This document shows positions 1 through 9,597 of a stretch of DNA of 64,000 bases, in pieces. Both the position numbers and the translations under genes were made by a program. This DNA comes from Promethearchaeota archaeon. Its GTDB lineage: Archaea > Asgardarchaeota > Thorarchaeia > Thorarchaeales > Thorarchaeaceae. The notes beneath the pieces were generated by a model, which saw only the letters and a list, made by a program, of their open reading frames with translations, was not told where the DNA came from and did no database searches. The stretch spans positions 1 to 64,000 of the forward strand of contig WJMJ01000022.1 of NCBI GenBank assembly GCA_014728035.1, written 5' to 3'. The first letter of the stretch is position 1. Every line of letters begins with the position of its first letter.

Positions 1-406
1 AACTGAATAATATGACTGCTGATATGATCATAATAATGGCAATTGTGCCCCAGACAACTTTTGCGGTTGTACTCATCTCGTCCTGTAGTTCGGGTGGGTA
101 TGACTTCGTTATTGATCTAATCATCTTGGCAGTCATGAACCAAGCAACTAAGAGGCTTACAACAACAAAACCAAGAATTACAAGAATATTCTCTCCAAGA
201 TTATCAACAAAAATCATGAGTGACATGAAAACTAGAGTGATAAATGAAGTTCCTCCACCAATGAGTAGGTAGAGTATTCCTGTCACACGTCTTCCAATCA
301 CTTCAGGATACGTTTCAACTATCTCTGTAAGATGGAGCAACTGTTTGGCCTGCTCCATGAGTTTAGCGTCCTGATTGTTCTTTCTGTCTGAACTCTCGTC
401 ACTCAT
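1..406 (-). CDS. Multi-pass membrane protein, 3' end runs off the window
   Basis: Read manually: ATG at 406 preceded by GGAGG. Frame MSDESSDRKNNQDAKLMEQAKQLLHLTEIVETYPEVIGRRVTGILYLLIGGG... stays open to position 1 with several hydrophobic segments. Confidence 0.75.
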   Translation of the reverse strand, partial: MSDESSDRKNNQDAKLMEQAKQLLHLTEIVETYPEVIGRRVTGILYLLIGGGTSFITLVFMSLMIFVDNLGENILVILGFVVVSLLVAWFMTAKMIRSITKSYPPELQDEMSTTAKVVWGTIAIIMIISAVILFS

Positions 407-464
407 TCTTTATCTTTCCTCCTTTGATTGAATTCATATTCTATTCCTCCATATATAAAATAGT

Positions 465-496
465 GACCGTATGAATAAAGCATGGTTCATACGGTC
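465..496. terminator. 11-bp inverted repeat downstream of ABC permease
   Basis: GACCGTATGAA-N10-TTCATACGGTC, 7 nt past the permease stop on the minus strand. Confidence 0.5.
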
Positions 497-503
497 TTGA
501 TAT

Positions 504-1667
504 CTACTTCCTCCCCCTCTTCTCAAAGAGGAGTATTCCCATTCCAAGTACAACTACTGTGACTACTGCGACCACTAGCAAGTCAATCCAGATTAAAATC
601 GATGTCACAGGTGCCCCTCTCAAGAAGAGAGTCCTCAAAGCATGAGTCACATAGTTACTAGGCATGAATGTTCCCAGTGTTTCTCCAACACCACCAAGAT
701 TCATGAAAGTCCCAAAGAACATCATGGGCATAATGAAGACGAAGGAGAGTCCGGTAGCCACTTCAGCTGACTTCGAGATAACCGCGGTGATGAGTCCAAA
801 TCCTACACACGCCAATGCAAAGATTATGACTATCAGAAATGCGAACAATAACCCATCGATTCCAGTCGCTGGTGAATAACCGATAAGGAATGATACCGCG
901 AAGATTATCGTAACCTGTAAGATTGCTATTATGACATGTGAAAGCGCTTTGCTGACTATGAATTCTGACGAACTGACAGGAGTTGTAGCCATTCTTCGAA
1001 GTAGTCCTTCATCTCTCTCTGTAGTCATAGACTGTGAAACAGTCATTATCATGAATATGGCTGAGAACGCAAATATTCCAGGTGCCATATAGTCCCACAT
1101 AGTCATGTTACTCACTTTCACCATTGAAGGGGAGCTAATCTCTATGGGTAGTTCCAGTGTTGTAGCTGTTTCTCCGTATATGGTTTTCAGAAGGTTCTGC
1201 TGTACCATTGGTGGAATTGCGCTGCTTCCAACCATGGAACTACTGTCAAGATAGAGACCGAGCGTTGTGTTTGCCCATTCGGTACTGTTTAATGGAGAAT
1301 TCCAGTACGAGTCAATACTTGCTCCAAACCCATCAGGAATCACTATGAGAGCATCTAGATGTCCGTTTAAGAGGTCATTCTGACCAGTTTCGTTATCTTG
1401 ATAGTGGAATACAACAGTACCGTTCATTTCTGTTAGGTTGCCAATGAAATAATCTGACCATTCTGTGCTGTCTGTAGAATTGTCCAAGTTGACAACACCA
1501 AACTCAAAATGAGTGTCACCTCCGGAATTGATACCACCAAAAGCGACACCAAAGACAATAGTAATCATCAGTGGGAACAGTAATAACAAAAACAAGAGTG
1601 CAGGCTCTCGAGTAGTCATCTTCATGTCCTTCTTAACTAGGGCTAGAAGTCGTCTTATCTTCATCAT
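504..1667 (-). CDS. ABC-2 type exporter permease
   Basis: N-terminal TM, extracellular domain, five C-terminal TMs, 'ERDEGLLRRMATTPVS' motif; overlaps the ATPase stop. Confidence 0.9.
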   Translation of the reverse strand: MMKIRRLLALVKKDMKMTTREPALLFLLLLFPLMITIVFGVAFGGINSGGDTHFEFGVVNLDNSTDSTEWSDYFIGNLTEMNGTVVFHYQDNETGQNDLLNGHLDALIVIPDGFGASIDSYWNSPLNSTEWANTTLGLYLDSSSMVGSSAIPPMVQQNLLKTIYGETATTLELPIEISSPSMVKVSNMTMWDYMAPGIFAFSAIFMIMTVSQSMTTERDEGLLRRMATTPVSSSEFIVSKALSHVIIAILQVTIIFAVSFLIGYSPATGIDGLLFAFLIVIIFALACVGFGLITAVISKSAEVATGLSFVFIMPMMFFGTFMNLGGVGETLGTFMPSNYVTHALRTLFLRGAPVTSILIWIDLLVVAVVTVVVLGMGILLFEKRGRK

Positions 1668-2413
1668 TACACCTCCCCTCTTAGCTTCTTACCAGTCAGT
1701 TTGATGAAGACCTCCTCTAAGTCTTCGGCATCGTGTTCTTCCATCAATTCTTTAGGAGTACCAAGTGCAATTAGTTTCCCCTCATCAATGATACCCACTC
1801 TGTCACAAAGGATTTCTGCTTCTTCCATGTAGTGTGTAGTAAGGATAATTGCTTTACCGTTATTTTTGAGTTCCCTGATGAAGTCCCAGACAGCACGGCG
1901 TGAGACCGGATCCATTGCCACAGTTGGTTCGTCAAGAAGTGCTACATGTGGGTCATGAATCAACGCCATCACTGTACTTACTCTGCGGATCATCCCTCCA
2001 GAATACTCACCAGCTTTCCTGTCGGCATGTTCTTCCATCCCGATTTTTTTGATAAACTCCTGTGTTCTATCTTGTATGGTCTCTCTTGGTACTGAGTGGA
2101 ACTCTCCATAGAGCTCGATGTTCTCACGTCCTGTCAGGAATGTATAGTACGCTGGTTCCTGCGGACAGAGCCCAATCAATTCCCTTATCTTATCTTTATC
2201 CTCTACCACATCAAATCCATCTACTGCTGCACCACCTTTTGTAGGCTTCAAGAGTGTGCAGAGGACGTTTATTGCAGTAGTCTTGCCTGCCCCGTTGGGG
2301 CCTAGAAGACCGAACAGCTCACCCCATTGTATTTCAAGTGCTAGATCATCAACAGCAATGACGTCGTCGAACTGTACGGTCAAGTTGTCTATCAATATCG
2401 CAGTTTTAGACAT
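1667..2413 (-). CDS. ABC transporter ATP-binding protein (DrrA/CcmA-like)
   Basis: Walker A GPNGAGKT, signature YSGGM, Walker B ALLDEPT, H-loop TTHYMEEA. Confidence 0.95.
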   Translation of the reverse strand: MSKTAILIDNLTVQFDDVIAVDDLALEIQWGELFGLLGPNGAGKTTAINVLCTLLKPTKGGAAVDGFDVVEDKDKIRELIGLCPQEPAYYTFLTGRENIELYGEFHSVPRETIQDRTQEFIKKIGMEEHADRKAGEYSGGMIRRVSTVMALIHDPHVALLDEPTVAMDPVSRRAVWDFIRELKNNGKAIILTTHYMEEAEILCDRVGIIDEGKLIALGTPKELMEEHDAEDLEEVFIKLTGKKLRGEV

Positions 2414-2718
2414 TGTATTTCACATGTATGAGAGGAATAGAATGAATATAATACATGGACAATCTTTGGACTACAGCCTAGTTTGCAGTGCACGGTACCT
2501 TATGATACACGATATGGATTATACTCAAGTCCAGTTAATTATTGAAATTGATATGTGATTGAAATCGCTGAAACATTGAAAAGATTGGTCTCGCCGTGTT
2601 TTACAACTATGGTATGTTGATTCCAGTATAAACGCTATCTGATTCTTAATCTTAAAACTTCTTTCTAAAACACTACAACTAAATGAGTTCTTTCCATCTA
2701 TTGTAGGAGGATTAAAAA

Positions 2719-3141
2719 TTGAACAATGAAGAAATTTTGTTAGCTATGCAATCTGGGAAAGTACCTGCTCCACCTATTGCCAAGCTACTTGGTATGCAAC
2801 TTCGTGATGTTAGTAAAGGATGTGTTGTCATGGAGATGGAAGCGACCAAGAAACATTGGAATCCCATGCACACTTTACACGGTGGTGTAATGTGTGATAT
2901 TGCAGATGCAGCCATGGGAAGTGCATTTTTTACGACACTTGATGATGACGAGAGCTATACTACCGTAGATCTTCATATAAAATTCCTAAAACCTGTAATC
3001 ACTGGTAAAATTACGGCATCCGCAACAGTTGTAAAACGGGGACGAAGATTAGGTTATATTGAATGTGAAATCCGGAATGATGAAGGTGAATTGGTGGCAA
3101 AGGCTGATTCTTCATGTATTGTACTTAGAGAAGAAAACTAA
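2719..3141 (+). CDS. PaaI family hotdog-fold thioesterase
   Basis: NPMHTLHGG...DAAMG motif. Confidence 0.9.
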   Translation: MNNEEILLAMQSGKVPAPPIAKLLGMQLRDVSKGCVVMEMEATKKHWNPMHTLHGGVMCDIADAAMGSAFFTTLDDDESYTTVDLHIKFLKPVITGKITASATVVKRGRRLGYIECEIRNDEGELVAKADSSCIVLREEN

Positions 3142-3737
3142 TTTCCTTCCGATTTTGCAATGAACTCGATTTTGTTTTGGCCCTTGTTATCTTGGAACAG
3201 ACGTATAATTCCATGATTCAAACCATGTTTTATTGTTATTTCAAATTCTCCGTTGTATTTTAGGTATCTTTCCTCCGATCTAACCACTAGTACAAATCCA
3301 ATAGTGTGAATTCCTAGTGATATACTCCCTTGATAGAGTGAAGTTTGTTCTTCTTTTGGTTTCTTTTCAATTTCTTCTATTTTTGTAGGACTCTCATCAA
3401 TGTGGAGATACACTCGCCACAACCAGAAGTCTTGAATCTCGGACAGGAAAACAAGATGAAAAGTTGCTCCTCCAATCGTTCGATGTTTCTTCAAGTATGC
3501 TTTTACTTCTGACTCTACATCTTCTGGCATTTTCTGAATTGGTCCAGCTTCAAAGAATTCATCAAATGTCTGAAATCCCGCAAAATATGCACCACCACTC
3601 TGAATAGTCATATTATTTCCAATATACCGTAGCCCTTCTGATGTCACTCTTAAATCAATCCAGTGACCGTATTCAAAATCCCATTTCCATTCTGCTGGTG
3701 GAATCTGTGAATAATCCCATGGTCTATCAATAGTCAT
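3138..3737 (-). CDS. Hypothetical protein
   Basis: Track ORF 3138..3986; the more likely start is ATG 3737 (MTIDRPWDY), preceded by GAGG. No recognisable motif. Confidence 0.6.
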   Translation of the reverse strand: MTIDRPWDYSQIPPAEWKWDFEYGHWIDLRVTSEGLRYIGNNMTIQSGGAYFAGFQTFDEFFEAGPIQKMPEDVESEVKAYLKKHRTIGGATFHLVFLSEIQDFWLWRVYLHIDESPTKIEEIEKKPKEEQTSLYQGSISLGIHTIGFVLVVRSEERYLKYNGEFEITIKHGLNHGIIRLFQDNKGQNKIEFIAKSEGN

Positions 3738-4057
3738 ATCTGAATAACCTCTAGGTGTAAAGAACGATATCAGTTTCCTTCTAATAGAGTTACTATTTCT
3801 TAAGATAGACAGCTGGAAGTTTGATATCAAAATATACGCTTGATTTTCCCTTTTCTCTAATAATTTTTTAGTATCTGTTCTGAGGATCTCTTCTTTCATT
3901 TTCATGGGCTTGTATCCAGAGAAATTTGCTTTACTATCTAGAAAATTGTTGAAGAATGTGTCCAAATAACTGGTTTTCATAATCATAAGTCATTGAAAAC
4001 TAACAATTACCGTTTTTGTTAAATGAGAGAATTCGTTTACATCTTATGGGATAAATC

Positions 4058-4696
4058 ATGAAATCTTCTTTAGAGGTACGCTTTTTAGGACAATCCGGTT
4101 TTTTGCTGAAGACAAGTTCATCATCGTTGCTAATCGATCCATACAACGACGATTCTGGGAGGTATGATGGAGACATCTTGTACTGTACACATCATCATTT
4201 CGACCATACTGGTGGTGTTGATACCTTTTTGGAACGTAATTCAGATGCTATCTTCTTATGTAACGAACAAGTTGCTGATAAACAGGAGAAATGGAAGGAT
4301 CGTATCACGATTATTGAAGATGGCCAGCAGTTCACCGTTAGTGATTGGCATTTTTCATTTACCAAGCTGAAACATGGTGTATTTGGCGGCACTGAAAATA
4401 TTGCAGTTGAAGCACAGTATGGGGATTTGAAGTTTGCACATATTGGGGATGCAAAAGAATTTGGCACCATGGTATCTAGAGTAATTGATGTACTGGCTGT
4501 TCCGATCAGTGGTGGTCCAACTGCTTCTCCCTCAAAGGTGCTTGACACACTAAAAAACTTCGAATCATTTCCGTCAGTTGTTATTCCAATGCATTGGCTT
4601 ATTCGTCGTCCCGACAGCTTCTGTAAGAATTTCTACAAATTATTCCCGGAAAAACGTTGTATTGTCCCCAAAGACGGAGAGATAGTTACAATCTAG
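4058..4696 (+). CDS. Metallo-beta-lactamase fold hydrolase (UlaG/UPF0173-like)
   Basis: IDPY, THHHFDH, HIGD and IPMHW motifs. Confidence 0.9.
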   Translation: MKSSLEVRFLGQSGFLLKTSSSSLLIDPYNDDSGRYDGDILYCTHHHFDHTGGVDTFLERNSDAIFLCNEQVADKQEKWKDRITIIEDGQQFTVSDWHFSFTKLKHGVFGGTENIAVEAQYGDLKFAHIGDAKEFGTMVSRVIDVLAVPISGGPTASPSKVLDTLKNFESFPSVVIPMHWLIRRPDSFCKNFYKLFPEKRCIVPKDGEIVTI

Positions 4697-4703
4697 CGGT
4701 GTT

Positions 4704-5651
4704 TTATCGTTTTCGAGATGCTTCTAGTTCGATTATTTTATGTCGAAAGTCAGGAAAATACTTGATTTCTCCACCTATGGTTTCACCCAATATGCGTATG
4801 TCTGGCCGGAGGTCTAGTAGTTCTTTTCTAATCTTTTTCACTTCAATAGGGTTGGATGCTTGAAATGCCAGTAGTAACATAGGCCTATCAATCACTTTCC
4901 AGCTCACCCAGAAATTATCTTCCAGACTATCTCTTATTCTATTTTCAAACCTGTGATACTCTTCTGATGTGATACTAGGAAATTGTACTGTTATGATTAC
5001 CATGAATCCTTTTTTGATAGCCCCAGGGTTGAGCAGTATTGTGATATCTATGAGATTATGTTTCCTCAGAAAATTCAATCTCTTCCTAATGGTTGGCACA
5101 GAGCCTACAATCTCAGATGCCAATTCACTTAGTGGTTTTCGCCCATTCTCTTGCAGTCGCTGAATAATCTTCCAATCGATTCTTTTCATATCGCTAATGG
5201 TCTTTGTAGGTATGTGTATTCTTTCTTGCAGCGGTGGAAGGACCTGAAAAATCTCAAAATCACTAATCTCCTTAAGCGAATAGAACAATTCGGTGACCTG
5301 TGCTAATTCTGCATTATTTCTGTATAGGGTAACGACAAAACCTTCTTGATTTAGTCCGAGACCCGCTGCTGAAACAAACTCGTTAGAACCTATCTGTTCT
5401 AATAGACCTATGGAAGTTGAAGACAACTGTAATAATACAATTGCATTACTTGCTCCAAATATTTGCTGATTTGGTTGTACACTAAATCCTTGGATTATTC
5501 TATTTTCAATTAGGGCATTCACACGATTTTTTATTGTTGTAACTGATACATCGTATTTTCTTGCTAACTTTGAGTATGAAGCTCTACAATTTATGCTGAG
5601 TTCCATAAGAATTGCCTTGTCAAGCTGATCCATCAGTTTCTCTCCTTGCAA
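4704..5651 (-). CDS. Tandem (double) Lrp/AsnC family transcriptional regulator
   Basis: Two Lrp-type HTHs: 'DQLDKAILMELSINCRASYSKLARKY' and 'RIDWKIIQRLQENGRKPLSELA'. Confidence 0.85.
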   Translation of the reverse strand: MQGEKLMDQLDKAILMELSINCRASYSKLARKYDVSVTTIKNRVNALIENRIIQGFSVQPNQQIFGASNAIVLLQLSSTSIGLLEQIGSNEFVSAAGLGLNQEGFVVTLYRNNAELAQVTELFYSLKEISDFEIFQVLPPLQERIHIPTKTISDMKRIDWKIIQRLQENGRKPLSELASEIVGSVPTIRKRLNFLRKHNLIDITILLNPGAIKKGFMVIITVQFPSITSEEYHRFENRIRDSLEDNFWVSWKVIDRPMLLLAFQASNPIEVKKIRKELLDLRPDIRILGETIGGEIKYFPDFRHKIIELEASRKR

Positions 5652-5772
5652 CTTACAGAAGTGAAAACCTGTTTATAAACTACCTTTCGAATTTTCAACC
5701 TTGCAATTGCCAATCTTTCTTGTATTTTCTTTTTTCTATTACGTTGTAATTAACCACTTGAGGTAACATAAA

Positions 5773-6195
5773 ATGGTACTTGTCTTCAAAACAAACACAT
5801 TGATTGCTGGTCTCGCATGGGGTCTTGTCATTGCTCTGATATTCTCATTCATGGCTGATGGAATGATAGCTGATATGCGTGCAGACGAACCAGATGATGA
5901 ATTCCTAAACTCGGAAAATGCTAGATTGCTGTTTAAGTTTGGTATCCCTATTTTCATGATTGTTTTTGGACTTTTGTTGATTGGCCCGATTGCAGGATTT
6001 ATCTATCAGACAATGACTGCACAGACAACAATTCTTGGAATAGACTCCAAACTTGCCTATTGGGCTCTAGCTCTGGTAATATCGCTACTCTTGGATATTG
6101 CAGTATTTGTGACTGGAACACCATATCCAGTAGAAAAACTTGTTATGAATACTTGGACATTTTTATCTCTGGGTATACTTCTTTCACTACTCTAG
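5773..6195 (+). CDS. Small 4-TM membrane protein
   Basis: Hydrophobic ORF with GAGGT RBS, divergent from the Lrp regulator. Confidence 0.7.
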   Translation: MVLVFKTNTLIAGLAWGLVIALIFSFMADGMIADMRADEPDDEFLNSENARLLFKFGIPIFMIVFGLLLIGPIAGFIYQTMTAQTTILGIDSKLAYWALALVISLLLDIAVFVTGTPYPVEKLVMNTWTFLSLGILLSLL

Positions 6196-6202
6196 GCATA
6201 TT

Positions 6203-6229
6203 ATGGTAAGGTTTTCAAAACCTTACCAT
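6203..6229. terminator. Perfect 13-bp inverted repeat after membrane protein gene
   Basis: ATGGTAAGGTTTT-C-AAAACCTTACCAT. Confidence 0.5.
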
Positions 6230-6584
6230 CCCATTGGCCGAATTAAAAGATGCGGAATAATCAAATAACATGGAAACAGTATTCTTATGAACTTCAAGAG
6301 TAGATGAATGATGGCAATATGCCACATGCTCTTTTTATCTTTGTAGAGTTTGATATAATCAAATGATACTATGAATTACAAAATAAGAAAGATACCAAGA
6401 AAAATTCCTGTAGTACTAATACAAAGAATTCTCCCATATGAGTGCATGGATAACTGCTCCTGTCAGATTGAGAGAAACGCCACATAGAATTGAAATTCCA
6501 ATTGCTGCGAGTATTGCCAGTATTAAATCAACCTTTTGTTGGTCTAACCTCTATTGTTCATTTCATATTCCATTTTTCCAACAA

Positions 6585-7571
6585 CTAATCTCGTTTAGTC
6601 TGTTCTTTCTTGTATTCACCAAAGTCTGCTAACTCTTCCAACTCTTGCGGATATGGCTCAAAGATGCTTTGCCGACGGATATATTCGTCATCAAAACGTA
6701 ACATCCACAATCTTAGCAACTCTCTAACGAGTGACAATGGCACACGTCCAGTTCTGTACTCCTCAAGTCTATGAAGAAAGTATTTCTTTTCCTCTCTGGT
6801 CAGTGAATCTGAAAAGTAACCAAAAATCTTTGAAAACACATTCGTGGTTGATGAACGTTTACGTCCATCAGCTATAGCAGGTAGCAATGTATCCCAGTAC
6901 TCTAGCATTATTTCTTCTACTTGTTTTCTCTCTGCATTTGAAACAATTCTACCTAATTTATTTACATATTTTTGCCCATAGGTCATAATCAGATACTTGT
7001 TTTCTGAATGAAAGTCTATTAGACTCTTGATGTGTTGTGATCTCATTACATGTCTTAGAGATGACAACAAGAAGATCTGTGTTAAGAATTCCTCTCTGAT
7101 TTTTCTATTTCTCAGACGCCCATCACTCTCTATTGGATAATTATGGTACTCATTGAGGATTGCTTCTGCAAAAAGCCCTGGTCCTGTATCTGCAATTGAA
7201 GAAGCTCGATCTCTACCATGATAATATTTCACTCTTTCAATACTGCATGACGGGGAATTTTCTCTGAGAATGAATCCATCGATAACTCCAAGTGACTCGA
7301 TAGTGGTGGTGATGTATTCCTTCATGATGTCAGTCAGGTCTCTATCGGTAGCTGGTTGAACGAATCTCTTCACTCCGTTTTCCATTACAATGCGAATGAA
7401 TTTGCGAGGAGAACCCAGTCCAATCTCAACCTCCGGGCAATGTGTAACGAATTTTACAAATGGCTTAATCATCTCAATAAAATCTGAGAAAATCGTTGTT
7501 CCATTCCACCAGCATGCACAAAAACCAAGGCACTTACTTGCATACACCTTTGGTTTTAGAAACTCTGTCAT
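6585..7571 (-). CDS. DUF523 (2-thiouracil desulfurase-like) + DUF1722/YbgA fusion protein
   Basis: SKCLG, CPEVEIGLG.PR, SPSC motifs; C-terminal FH..NKY and EPYP. Confidence 0.85.
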   Translation of the reverse strand: MTEFLKPKVYASKCLGFCACWWNGTTIFSDFIEMIKPFVKFVTHCPEVEIGLGSPRKFIRIVMENGVKRFVQPATDRDLTDIMKEYITTTIESLGVIDGFILRENSPSCSIERVKYYHGRDRASSIADTGPGLFAEAILNEYHNYPIESDGRLRNRKIREEFLTQIFLLSSLRHVMRSQHIKSLIDFHSENKYLIMTYGQKYVNKLGRIVSNAERKQVEEIMLEYWDTLLPAIADGRKRSSTTNVFSKIFGYFSDSLTREEKKYFLHRLEEYRTGRVPLSLVRELLRLWMLRFDDEYIRRQSIFEPYPQELEELADFGEYKKEQTKRD

Positions 7572-7609
7572 GCCATAAACTACTATTTACTAGTTAATAG
7601 GTATATTCA

Positions 7610-7951
7610 ATGAATCATATGCTCAAAGAATTCGTAGGTATCTTCAAATTTTTCCATGGTGAAATTATACCAAGATCCCCCCAAGTATCATTTCTGCAGG
7701 GATTATTATCCCAAGTAAAGAAAGCTGGCCGTCCTGTTCAAATTCTTCGTAATGATCCGGTTATTTTTGAAATGAATTAGCTAGCTAAACTTGAAGAATA
7801 CTACGGTCACTTTGTTCTACTTGAGAGTGACCATCGTGCAGCATTCTTTTCTGCTGCTGAAATTCGATCTATTGATACTACTGAATCCATTGTGAAAATT
7901 CAATTGGTGTCCGTGTTAGAAGATATCCGAACAAAAGCGCAGTCATCCTAA
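7610..7951 (+). pseudogene. 113-codon ORF interrupted by one in-frame TAG (pseudogene or read-through)
   Basis: ATG 7610, TAG at 7778-7780 (codon 57), then the same frame stays open for 56 more codons to TAA 7949-7951. Confidence 0.5.
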
Positions 7952-8001
7952 TAATCGATACGCTCATTTTGGTTCCAGTTATATTATTTACTGGGATTAA
8001 A

Positions 8002-9504
8002 TTGACCGCCTCCTCTGCGATTGTAATTGGTGCTGGTATATCTGGATTGTCTGCTGGAATCTATGCCCGGTTGAATGGATACGATGTGACGGTATTTGAA
8101 AGTCATTCTCAACCAGGTGGTGTTGCAGCATGTTGGAAACGTGGTGAATATCTCTTTGATGGAGGAATTCATTTTCTACCTCCTGCAGATCCAAATCTCG
8201 ATATCTATGACCTGTATCTGGAGCTGGGTCTTGAGTATCTTCCAACGGTTCCTATGAACCAATATTGCAGGTTTACTGATATCGAGCATCGAACCTCTGT
8301 TGATATTACTGACAATTTAGATGATCTGCAGATGCGATTGCTCGCAAGATTTCCTGAAGATACTTCAGTAATTTATGAGATTCTCTCTCCAGCACGCTCA
8401 ATGTCGGAGTCTGATACAACCAACTTCGGTTTCGACAAACCGTCTGAACTCATGGGAATTCGTGATAAAGTATCAGAAATTTGGCAGATGAGAGGCTTCA
8501 TGCGGTTTATGTTTGGAAAGTACGCTCTCTCTGCAGAGGATTTTTCTCAAAGAATAAGCAATCCGGTTCTTCGTGATATTGTTAAGATGATGTTCCTTCC
8601 CGAAGTACCAATTTGGTTCATCTCGATGATTCTTGGACAAGTTGCATCTGGTCAGATAGCACTTTTGGAGAACGGTTCAATCAGCTTGGTTAGTCGATTG
8701 GTTGATAGATTGACACAACTAGGCGGCAAAATATCATATCGGTCTGAAGTAAAAGAGATTCTTATTGAATCTGATAGAGCAGTCGGAATACGTTTGGAAG
8801 ACGAGTCCCAGCACCGAGCAGATTATATCATACCTGCAATGGATATGCATTCCATCTTTTTCAGCTTACTAGGAGGTAAATATGTGTCTGATAACTTGGC
8901 ATATCGTTTTGCAAAGTGGGATCTTTGTCGTCCAATACTTATCATCAATTACGGTGTTGCAATGGAATTTTCAGATGAACCTTGGCTTAATATTTGGAAA
9001 CTTGATAGTCCTATCCGGATTGGTACCGAGGATGTATCATATCTCATGACCAGAATCTTCAATTATGGGAACTCCTTTGCGCCCTCTGGTAAGACCGTTA
9101 TTCAAGTTGAACTAGAAACGGATTGGGATTACTGGTATAATCTCCATGAATTTGATATGGATACATACCAGTCTGAAAAGGAACGGATAGCCTCGGAAGT
9201 TGCTGATTTTCACAATCAGTTCTATGAGGGATTTAAAGATGCAATAGAAGTGACCGATGTTTCTACACCATTTACAATGTGGCGATATACAAAGAACTAC
9301 CGTGGCGCTTACATGGGATGGCTACCCGCAAGTGATTTGCTTATGACTAGGTTCAAGAAGAAAATTCCTGGTCTCGCAAATTGTTTCTTAGCTGGACAGT
9401 GGGCCATGGGAATGGGTGGTGTACTACCTGCAATTTATTCCGGGCGACAAGCTATACAGCTTGTTTGCTCTTCAGATGGCCGGCCATTCCAGACTATCCA
9501 ATAA
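8002..9504 (+). CDS. Phytoene desaturase-like FAD-dependent oxidoreductase
   Basis: GAGISG dinucleotide motif, PGG...FDGG, C-terminal AGQW..GGV; probable TTG start at 8002 (track 7969). Confidence 0.85.
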   Translation: MTASSAIVIGAGISGLSAGIYARLNGYDVTVFESHSQPGGVAACWKRGEYLFDGGIHFLPPADPNLDIYDLYLELGLEYLPTVPMNQYCRFTDIEHRTSVDITDNLDDLQMRLLARFPEDTSVIYEILSPARSMSESDTTNFGFDKPSELMGIRDKVSEIWQMRGFMRFMFGKYALSAEDFSQRISNPVLRDIVKMMFLPEVPIWFISMILGQVASGQIALLENGSISLVSRLVDRLTQLGGKISYRSEVKEILIESDRAVGIRLEDESQHRADYIIPAMDMHSIFFSLLGGKYVSDNLAYRFAKWDLCRPILIINYGVAMEFSDEPWLNIWKLDSPIRIGTEDVSYLMTRIFNYGNSFAPSGKTVIQVELETDWDYWYNLHEFDMDTYQSEKERIASEVADFHNQFYEGFKDAIEVTDVSTPFTMWRYTKNYRGAYMGWLPASDLLMTRFKKKIPGLANCFLAGQWAMGMGGVLPAIYSGRQAIQLVCSSDGRPFQTIQ

Positions 9505-9597
9505 TGAGGAATGCAAATAAAGATAACAAGTTTTTGAAGTGACCTTGGTTTTTTATAGGCTAGTGTTATCCTTCTGACTACTATTTGGTGGCATATA

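Noticed and set aside
6270-6580. Hydrophobic minus-strand reading-frame fragments between the membrane gene and the DUF523 gene
   Set aside because: Several stops and frame changes and no clear start; may be a decayed gene but cannot be supported
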